This document shows, piece by piece, positions 1 to 5,766 of a DNA stretch of 21,479 nt. Location: NCBI GenBank assembly GCA_013390375.1, contig JACATA010000018.1, positions 1 to 21,479 of the forward strand, given 5' to 3'. The notes under the pieces were generated by a model that worked only from the letters and a program-made list of their open reading frames with translations, was not told the DNA's origin and did no database searches. Made by a program: the position numbers and the translations under genes. Numbering within the stretch: position 1 is the first letter of the stretch; the number at the start of each line of letters is the position of its first letter. The DNA is from Marine Group I thaumarchaeote (GTDB taxonomy: Archaea > Thermoproteota > Nitrososphaeria > Nitrososphaerales > Nitrosopumilaceae).

Positions 1-234
1 TTCTCCTGTTGTTTTTTCAAGTGTTTTGTTTGCTGCGAGCCTAGTTGACTCAATAGCCATATGTGTTATCTGCATTTTTTCGTTAATCAAAAGCTGTACG
101 CTATAATCATAGTCTTGCAATCTATCTGCACTACCACTTTGAAATTTGGTGATTTTGATTTGGGGTTTGCCTTTTATGTACTCCTTTCTAGTGTATGGTT
201 GTCCATTGCCTTTTCTGTAGCATTGACCGTGCAT
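1..234 (-). CDS. rpl10e: 50S ribosomal protein L10e (uL16), N-terminal part; gene runs off the left edge
   Basis: Minus-strand ORF with ATG at 232-234 and an in-frame TAA immediately upstream. It translates to MHGQCYRKGNGQPYTRKEYIKGKPQIKITKFQSGSADRLQDYDYSVQLLINEKMQITHMAIESTRLAANKTLEKTTGE, which matches the conserved L10e N-terminus (CYR..G.PYTR.EYI.G.P..KI..F). It is absent from the ORF track because no stop codon lies in the window. A TATA-like TTAAAATA (258-265, minus) sits 23 nt upstream. Confidence 0.85.
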   Translation of the reverse strand, partial: MHGQCYRKGNGQPYTRKEYIKGKPQIKITKFQSGSADRLQDYDYSVQLLINEKMQITHMAIESTRLAANKTLEKTTGE

Positions 235-310
235 AGTTTACAGATATTTTTCAGCCATATTTTAACGGTTATACTTAAGACCTTATATGGTAAAAAATAA
301 CAAATTTTTC

Positions 311-883
311 ATGTCGATTGAAGCAGAACCAGAAATACAAGGCGTTTTGATAAAAAACCAGACCATAATTTTAGAACCTAATAGACAACAAGAACTTGAG
401 CGGAAAGGTTACGGGGAAATAGAGAAAGATAAATTATTCCTAAAATCATTTGAATCTCTTTATCTTTTATACACTAGTAGACTAGCTCTTTTTAAGGGAA
501 AAAAGAACATAGGCTTTGATTCATTTTTGCAAATTTGCAAAAAACAAGATGAGGCCATTCTAACAAAATTTTTAGTTTATCGCGATTTAAGAAACAGAGG
601 TTATACTGTTAAGGATGGATTTGGTTTTGGTTCAGATTTTAGAGTTTACGGTAAAGGAGATTTTGGAGAAAAGGGAGCCAAGTTTTTGGTCTTTGGTCTT
701 AATGAGGGTAAACAGGAAAAGATAGGAAAATTACAAAAAAAAGTTGAAGAAATAACCAAGATGGGTAAAGAGCCAATCATTGCAGTGATACAACGACAAG
801 GCGAAATAATTTATTATAAAATTTCAAGAATGAATTTTAATCAAAACACCTCAAAAATGGATATGAAAGACTTTGAATTCTAA
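311..883 (+). CDS. endA: tRNA-splicing endonuclease homologue (EndA family); likely non-catalytic/structural paralogue
   Basis: The C-terminal half aligns by eye to M. jannaschii EndA (LVYRDLRNRGYTVKDGFGFGSDFRVY ... IIAVIQRQGEIIYYKI). I prefer the ATG at 311 over the ORF-track ATG at 287, because 287 lies inside a TATA-like CTTATATG (282-289) that sits 21 nt upstream of 311. The protein contains no His (see findings). Confidence 0.85.
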   Translation: MSIEAEPEIQGVLIKNQTIILEPNRQQELERKGYGEIEKDKLFLKSFESLYLLYTSRLALFKGKKNIGFDSFLQICKKQDEAILTKFLVYRDLRNRGYTVKDGFGFGSDFRVYGKGDFGEKGAKFLVFGLNEGKQEKIGKLQKKVEEITKMGKEPIIAVIQRQGEIIYYKISRMNFNQNTSKMDMKDFEF

Positions 884-887
884 TCCA

Positions 888-1574
888 CTATGTATATACT
901 GCCCACTCTGTTGTATACTTTAAAAGATTTTTTTTCTCTGCGTATACCAGGTCATATATTTCAACATAATTTGTCTTATTAGTCCAGAGGTTTTCAAAAT
1001 TCTTTATCTTAGTATCTACACGTGATTTGTCATCCCACGATGTAAAAACATCAACTGACTCAAAGTTTCGATTTTCTGCATCAAAAGTAACATTTGACGT
1101 ACCTGAAAAAGCAACAACATCATCATTTGTATCCCTAAATATTCCCATACGTTCCTCAAAAACCCCATCTACATATTCTGAATTTGGAATAGCAACTTTT
1201 ACTTCAAGTTTAAAATCTTCTATTACCTTCTTTAGCTGTCTAATTTTATTATCTTGAATAAGATTACTAATCTTCTTATCAAGATAAAGTCTGCCGTTTA
1301 ATCTACTAGGATTATGATGGTCAAAGAGCTTTACTATGGCATTCAAGTCAGAAGTAGTAAATCTGTGCCCTGAAACCAGTCTGATCTTGGCGTGATGGTC
1401 TTGTATATTTTCCAAACCAAAAGTCAATGTACTCAAACTTTTTACCGAGATAAATTCTATCGTTCTGTCATACTGAATGCTATTAGTTAAACAAGGAATG
1501 AAAAATTCTGACACAACATCATCTCTATCTGACCTATATTCCTGTTTTAAGGACAAATCACGTAAAGTCAACAA
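888..1574 (-). CDS. Stand-alone phospholipase-D-like (PLD/HKD-fold) domain protein, probably catalytically degenerate; no attached helicase
   Basis: The N-terminus YRSDRDDVVSEFFIPCLTNSIQYDR, then ERMGIFRDTNDDVVAFSGTSNVTFDA and FENLWTN, resemble from memory the N-terminal PLD module of PLD-helicase fusion proteins. The only available start is TTG (1572-1574); the first internal Met is about residue 153. A 228-codon open frame is unlikely by chance in AT-rich DNA. Confidence 0.55.
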   Translation of the reverse strand: MLTLRDLSLKQEYRSDRDDVVSEFFIPCLTNSIQYDRTIEFISVKSLSTLTFGLENIQDHHAKIRLVSGHRFTTSDLNAIVKLFDHHNPSRLNGRLYLDKKISNLIQDNKIRQLKKVIEDFKLEVKVAIPNSEYVDGVFEERMGIFRDTNDDVVAFSGTSNVTFDAENRNFESVDVFTSWDDKSRVDTKIKNFENLWTNKTNYVEIYDLVYAEKKNLLKYTTEWAVYT

Positions 1575-1622
1575 AATAAAAACAATTACGAATTATTTAA
1601 GCAAACCAATTGAAATGAAATA

Positions 1623-1698
1623 TGCTCCCGTCGGGATTTGAACCCGAGATCACTGCCTTGAGAGGGCAGTATGCTTGGCCGGACTACACCACAGGAGC
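1623..1698 (-). tRNA. tRNA-Glu: tRNA-Glu (anticodon CUC), 76 nt, no intron, no encoded CCA
   Basis: Manual cloverleaf of the reverse complement: acceptor GCTCCTG/CGGGAGC (one G-U), D-arm GTGT-AGTCCGGCCAA-GCAT, anticodon stem CTGCC/GGCAG with loop CT-CTC-AA, variable TGATC, T-arm TCGGG-TTCAAAT-CCCGA, discriminator A. Confidence 0.9.
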
Positions 1699-1721
1699 TT
1701 GTAAAAACGAGAATCAATTAC

Positions 1722-1729
1722 AATTTAAA
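1722..1729 (-). promoter_or_regulatory. TATA-box-like element for tRNA-Glu
   Basis: TTTAAATT on the minus strand ends 23 nt upstream of the mature tRNA 5' end. This spacing is canonical for archaeal promoters. Confidence 0.5.
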
Positions 1730-1824
1730 GCAATAGCTGACTCTCGTAACCACCTGCATTTACATTAATGGTAAAAAATTATTATTTTGAAACTTTATAC
1801 AAAATCTAATCTCTTGATTTTTGC

Positions 1825-2700
1825 TTGGAAGCTAAAAAGATATTAGAAAAACTTTCAATTGAAAATTGTCCTGTTGGCATGGGTGGTTGTAAGAACCAGG
1901 GACCTAGCTATGATTGCTGTGAATATGATATAACAGTCTTTGATGGGAAAAAACAAAAAGAATCTTTTATTGAATTTGACGGATCTTTTTATCATATTTA
2001 TCATGGAACATTACAAGAAACCTCGCCTGATATTTTATTGCAGTATGATGGTATGACTATTTTGCTTGACGAACAATGGGAACTTCGTATGTTATTATCA
2101 AAAATTAAAGAAAAAAAAGAACAAATTTTTAATGCCTACATTAAAAGTTGTTTAGTAGAAGCGGGAGTATGTGTAACAAAGACAAAAAATGGATTGAATA
2201 CTGATCCATATTCTTCTTCATGGCTAAAATGTGCAGCGTATTTTCTCGCTGATGCTGTATCTGTGTTAAATTTTCATCGTCCCAGCCCTGTACATATGCT
2301 AAAGATACTCCGTGAGTTCGACAGAAATAAAATCAACGAGTTAATCTCACCAATAACCGAGTCGATTGGAATAGAAAGAGCTACACCCTCTCTCCTTTCA
2401 AGGATGTTAAAGTCAACTAAAGGATTTTCAGATTTGGTAGAGGATAATCTCCACTCGAAGATGATTTCCCAGAAATATCGCTATATGATAGACAATTCAT
2501 TATTTTCTGATTGTTACTTTTATTTGGGATACATTAACAGAAACAATTTCATAAAAATTCCAGATCTTCATAGAAAGCCAGAACTAATACATATGCTGAA
2601 AACTGGATTTGATCTGGAAAGTGATACTACTAAGATCGAGTCAGAGGCAAATAAATTACATCAGGCCACAAATTCTTTGCTTTCTTTATCGCATGAATGA
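1825..2700 (+). CDS. Hypothetical protein; possible nucleotidyltransferase-fold (KNTase/MNT-like) N-domain plus helical C-domain
   Basis: 291-codon ORF with a TTG start. TATA-like TTTATACA (1794-1801) lies 23 nt upstream and supports that start. VGMGGCKNQGPSYDCCEYDITVF loosely fits the pol-beta NTase signature hG[GS]x9-13[DE]h[DE]h, and ILLQYDGMTILLDEQ resembles the KNTase ILPIYDSGGYLEKV segment. The functional call is low confidence. Confidence 0.6.
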   Translation: MEAKKILEKLSIENCPVGMGGCKNQGPSYDCCEYDITVFDGKKQKESFIEFDGSFYHIYHGTLQETSPDILLQYDGMTILLDEQWELRMLLSKIKEKKEQIFNAYIKSCLVEAGVCVTKTKNGLNTDPYSSSWLKCAAYFLADAVSVLNFHRPSPVHMLKILREFDRNKINELISPITESIGIERATPSLLSRMLKSTKGFSDLVEDNLHSKMISQKYRYMIDNSLFSDCYFYLGYINRNNFIKIPDLHRKPELIHMLKTGFDLESDTTKIESEANKLHQATNSLLSLSHE

Positions 2701-2762
2701 TTTTTGGCATGACGCTCAAAATAATAAAAAACTAGTATAACGGTGTGATTTTTTTCATAAAG

Positions 2763-2770
2763 TTTTAAAA
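2763..2770 (+). promoter_or_regulatory. TATA-box-like element for the small Cys-rich ORF
   Basis: TTTTAAAA ends 22 nt upstream of the ATG at 2793. This is the same spacing seen for most genes in the window. Confidence 0.45.
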
Positions 2771-2792
2771 CCCTGTATGTGATCCACTTTGC

Positions 2793-2939
2793 ATGACAGA
2801 TCAAGCATGTGGCTGTGAAGCCGCTACTGGTGATGACACTTACAAATGTGATTGTGAAATGCAGGGAGCCTGCATTTGTAGTGCAGATTGTTCCTGTGGA
2901 TGTAGCATCTGCAAAGAAGCTGTATCAGGACTGAAATAA
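2793..2939 (+). CDS. Small cysteine-rich (metallothionein-like) protein, 48 aa; not in the ORF track
   Basis: ATG..TAA translates to MTDQACGCEAATGDDTYKCDCEMQGACICSADCSCGCSICKEAVSGLK, with 10 Cys in 48 residues arranged as CxC/CxCxC/CxxC, no His and one aromatic residue. The ORF is visibly less AT-rich than its flanks. It has a TATA-like box at the correct spacing and T6/T5 tracts right after the stop. Confidence 0.6.
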   Translation: MTDQACGCEAATGDDTYKCDCEMQGACICSADCSCGCSICKEAVSGLK

Positions 2940-2948
2940 ATTTCACAA

Positions 2949-2961
2949 TTTTTTCCTTTTT
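2949..2961 (+). terminator. Oligo-T terminator-like tract after the small Cys-rich ORF
   Basis: TTTTTTCCTTTTT starts 10 nt after the TAA. Archaeal terminators are typically oligo-T runs. Confidence 0.4.
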
Positions 2962-2996
2962 ATTAAAATATGTGTAAAATTTTGTTATTTGAAAAA

Positions 2997-3182
2997 TTAT
3001 TCCTCTTCTTGCTCAAATCCCCATGAGCTGACTAGTTCTTTTTGAAATGTGTCAGCTTGTTTTTCATTTAATCTATCTCCACAGTTTTTATGCGTTGGAA
3101 CCACAATCAATCCATCAAGCTTGAACTCAACTTCGTAAAAGTGTATTTTTGGGCATTCACACATATCTAATAAATCGAACAT
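2997..3182 (-). CDS. Small hypothetical protein (61 aa) with CxC...H...H..C and an acidic tail
   Basis: ATG-started ORF MFDLLDMCECPKIHFYEVEFKLDGLIVVPTHKNCGDRLNEKQADTFQKELVSSWGFEQEEE. A T5 tract follows the stop. It lies convergent to the Cys-rich ORF. I recognise no family. Confidence 0.45.
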   Translation of the reverse strand: MFDLLDMCECPKIHFYEVEFKLDGLIVVPTHKNCGDRLNEKQADTFQKELVSSWGFEQEEE

Positions 3183-3241
3183 TATCCTCTATATTTGCTT
3201 ACTTGGAACATTTAACTAACTTTGACGGGTATTAACATTGT

Positions 3242-4765
3242 ATGCGCAATACAATTTTTATAATTTTATTTTCAATGATTCTTGTTAGTGGTAGCGTTCT
3301 TCCAGCAACATTTGCGGAACATTTGTCTGCTGGTTCTGGTATTGGTGCAGGTCTTGCTGGTGTTAATCTTCCTGGAGCCTGGTATGCGGGCGAAAATCTC
3401 AAAATTGGCGATTACTTCAAGTACAAATTGTGTCATGAGTCATACAAAGACTGCACAGAGTTTTGGTTTTCAATGTGGTTAGAAAAAGAAATACTTGATG
3501 GTCCTGAAGAAATGTTTCGTTTTCAAGTTCTAGTTGAAGACGGAAACAAGGTACTAAAAGGTCATATGGATGTAGGTAAAATTGCTCCCGAGCCTATAGG
3601 TGGTACTGTCAGCGATAATATTTTGCGGTATGCATCTGTATACAAATCATCAATAATATGGCTCTCTTCCTTTGCTACTGCAGACATTGATCAGCCTGGT
3701 AAGGGACCAAAGGCATTCTCCAAGGTTTCATGGGGCAAGATTGCAAATATTGGTGGTGAACAAATTGGGGCTATAGGAATAGAAACCATGACCGTTCCAG
3801 CAGGTGAATATGATACAGTTGTCATTGGTTGGAAGAGTGGCGGCATAACAAGTCACATTTACGTTGTTGATGAATTTCCCTTCCCAGTAAAGGCCAGCAC
3901 ATGGGTTCAGGTGACGGCAGGAATACCTCCGCAGGAATACAGATTTTCATTACATGAATACAAAGAAAATGTTTCTTCAAGTCCGTTTGCAGGTTTTACA
4001 GATACGGAAGAAGCAAAGAAGGATGTTGGTTGTATTACTAATTATAAACTGGTAAAAATTTTTGAAAATACAAATACAAACTCAATGGTTATTAACATAC
4101 AATATGGTCCAGAAAAACCTAGAATTGGATGTGACATTGAATGGGTTATAAATTTTAAGAAAGCATTTTCTACTGACCTGTGGGAAAACCAGGTGCATTA
4201 TGATATTTTAAAAGTTAATCTGATAGATGGCCAAACAATACCAATAGCTTCTGCTGCTGAAGATGAAGGATATGACAAGTTCTTTTCTACCTCAGGACAA
4301 GTGCACAGATATTGGCTTATGCAAGGAGATCCCGGATTGCAAAAATTTGCTGTAATTGTTTATGGCACAGGTCCGGCATACAGCGTACCCAATTCTGAAT
4401 CATTTGGTTATGTAATTCTTGATATTGATCTACAAAGCAAGAAACCAGTATCTGGTAGCCTAGAAACTCTTATTCCCACACAAACAGAACCTGAAATTTC
4501 TATTCCTAGCTGGATTAAAAATAATGCGGGATGGTGGGCTGATGGATTGATTGATGATGCTTCGTTTGTCTCCGGCATACAGTGGCTAATTTCAAATGGT
4601 GTGATAACTATACCACCTACTGAACAAGCAACAGAATCTGACAATGTAATTCCAAGTTGGATTAAGAACAATGCTGGATGGTGGTCTGATGGATCGATTC
4701 CTGATAATGCGTTTGTTTCTGGTCTTCAGTGGCTTATCTCAAACGGCATCATAACGATTTCGTAA
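3242..4765 (+). CDS. Secreted/surface hypothetical protein with two C-terminal 37-aa repeats
   Basis: N-terminal signal-like segment MRNTIFIILFSMILVSGSVLPATFA. TATA-like TTTAACTA (3211-3218) lies 23 nt upstream. The C-terminus carries a tandem IPSWIKNNAGWW.DG.I.D..FVSG.QWLISNG.ITI module. Confidence 0.8.
   Translation: MRNTIFIILFSMILVSGSVLPATFAEHLSAGSGIGAGLAGVNLPGAWYAGENLKIGDYFKYKLCHESYKDCTEFWFSMWLEKEILDGPEEMFRFQVLVEDGNKVLKGHMDVGKIAPEPIGGTVSDNILRYASVYKSSIIWLSSFATADIDQPGKGPKAFSKVSWGKIANIGGEQIGAIGIETMTVPAGEYDTVVIGWKSGGITSHIYVVDEFPFPVKASTWVQVTAGIPPQEYRFSLHEYKENVSSSPFAGFTDTEEAKKDVGCITNYKLVKIFENTNTNSMVINIQYGPEKPRIGCDIEWVINFKKAFSTDLWENQVHYDILKVNLIDGQTIPIASAAEDEGYDKFFSTSGQVHRYWLMQGDPGLQKFAVIVYGTGPAYSVPNSESFGYVILDIDLQSKKPVSGSLETLIPTQTEPEISIPSWIKNNAGWWADGLIDDASFVSGIQWLISNGVITIPPTEQATESDNVIPSWIKNNAGWWSDGSIPDNAFVSGLQWLISNGIITIS
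4502..4759 (+). repeat. Intragenic tandem duplication: two 111-nt (37-aa) units at 4502-4612 and 4649-4759
   Basis: IPSWIKNNAGWWADGLIDDASFVSGIQWLISNGVITI versus IPSWIKNNAGWWSDGSIPDNAFVSGLQWLISNGIITI. The protein units are about 80% identical, while the DNA differs at many synonymous sites. Confidence 0.9.
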
Positions 4766-4811
4766 TACAATTGTTAAAATCTAACTAGAATTATCTAAAT
4801 ATTGAAAAATT

Positions 4812-5171
4812 TTGGTCGGCTTATTTTCCTACCCAAAAAGAAAACTACGAAAACTAATCAAAGAGGGTGAATTTGAAGAAGCCATCTCATTAGGAAATAG
4901 CATGGAAGAAAAATACCAATATGATCCTGATTTTATTTTTATCATGGCAAGTATATTCTACATTCTACAAGATCCAAAAAAGACTCTGCAGTATGTTGAT
5001 CGCGTTTTAGCAATCAATGAGTATGATACTGAGGCACTTGGTCTGAAATTACGTATACATCAGCATTTTAAGGAAAATGACAAAGTAATAGAGTGCTGTA
5101 AAAAAATTCTAGAAGTTAATTCTGATGCCTTTGACGTTAGGGACATTCTTAATGAATTGGAAGGAAAGTAA
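4812..5171 (+). CDS. Small TPR-like repeat protein (hypothetical)
   Basis: 119-aa ORF with a TTG start. It has a helical-repeat pattern (EEAISLGNSMEEKY, KKTLQYVDRVLAINEYDTEALGLKLRIH, DKVIECCKKILEVN). The start is uncertain. Confidence 0.5.
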   Translation: MVGLFSYPKRKLRKLIKEGEFEEAISLGNSMEEKYQYDPDFIFIMASIFYILQDPKKTLQYVDRVLAINEYDTEALGLKLRIHQHFKENDKVIECCKKILEVNSDAFDVRDILNELEGK

Positions 5172-5173
5172 TA

Positions 5174-5695
5174 TCACACGTTATTTTTCTCTGGCTGTAT
5201 ATCTCTTATTAAATACACATTTTCCAAAAGCCAATCACAAAATTCTGTTACCTTATCTGTAAATTCATACCATACATGCAAAGAATGTGGCAGAATGTCA
5301 ATTCTGTCCTCTTTCCTTCCACTTTCGTTTGCCGGGCCAAGAAACACCTTGACGCCTTCTTTACCCTCATACATGTAAGCATCTTCTGTTTCCACATCTC
5401 CAAAAATTTCCTTTGCTTTTTCTTTGATTATACTACGCTTAATTGGGAACCTTGTTTTTTTCATGTCCACAATGAAGCTCAAATCCTGTTTTCCATACAT
5501 GTCAAAATTTTCTATTTTTCCTCTATGAGGAAAATTTACTAATAGCTCAATGTTGTATTTTTTCCCAACTTCTTTTCCTATATCTCCTATCTTTTTGTAT
5601 GCAATTGCAGGTTGTTTTTTTAATAAGACCATGATTTGTGGCATGTTTGATTTTAGTTCCTTTTGTAGATCTTTTGTAATTGTTGTGAAGATCAC
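5174..5695 (-). CDS. Hypothetical protein
   Basis: 173-codon ORF with a GTG start at 5695; an alternative ATG at 5644 (MPQIMVLL...) gives 156 aa. I recognise no family. Confidence 0.55.
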   Translation of the reverse strand: MIFTTITKDLQKELKSNMPQIMVLLKKQPAIAYKKIGDIGKEVGKKYNIELLVNFPHRGKIENFDMYGKQDLSFIVDMKKTRFPIKRSIIKEKAKEIFGDVETEDAYMYEGKEGVKVFLGPANESGRKEDRIDILPHSLHVWYEFTDKVTEFCDWLLENVYLIRDIQPEKNNV

Positions 5696-5766
5696 ACAGA
5701 AATTATTTATTCTTTAAATATATTGATTGAGATTGGGTTTTTTAGTTATTACAATACGAGTAATTT

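Noticed and set aside
61-300. 79-aa plus-strand ORF from the track
   Set aside because: It is hydrophobic, low-complexity and family-less, and it lies exactly antisense to a convincing L10e coding sequence and the rpl10e/endA promoter region.
2857-2877. Perfect 9-bp inverted repeat AAATGCAGG-GAG-CCTGCATTT inside the Cys-rich ORF
   Set aside because: By rough estimate, about one such dyad is expected by chance in 21 kb once variable spacers are allowed. It also falls out of repeated TGC/TGT-rich codons. I note it as a caveat, not as a separate element.
2830-2934. Possible C/D box sRNA: a perfect C-box GTGATGA at 2830-2836 and CTGA at 2931-2934. This was tempting because nop5 and flpA are in the window.
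   Set aside because: The boxes are about 100 nt apart, versus about 50-70 nt for archaeal C/D sRNAs. There are no convincing internal D'/C' boxes and no terminal stem. The region is better explained as the Cys-rich coding ORF.
2793-2939. SCIFF/ranthipeptide-type RiPP precursor interpretation of the Cys-rich ORF
   Set aside because: No radical SAM maturase, protease or transporter is adjacent; the nearest rSAM genes are more than 4 kb away and belong to other contexts. The Cys residues are spread along the whole peptide, with no leader/core division. It is kept only as an alternative in the finding.
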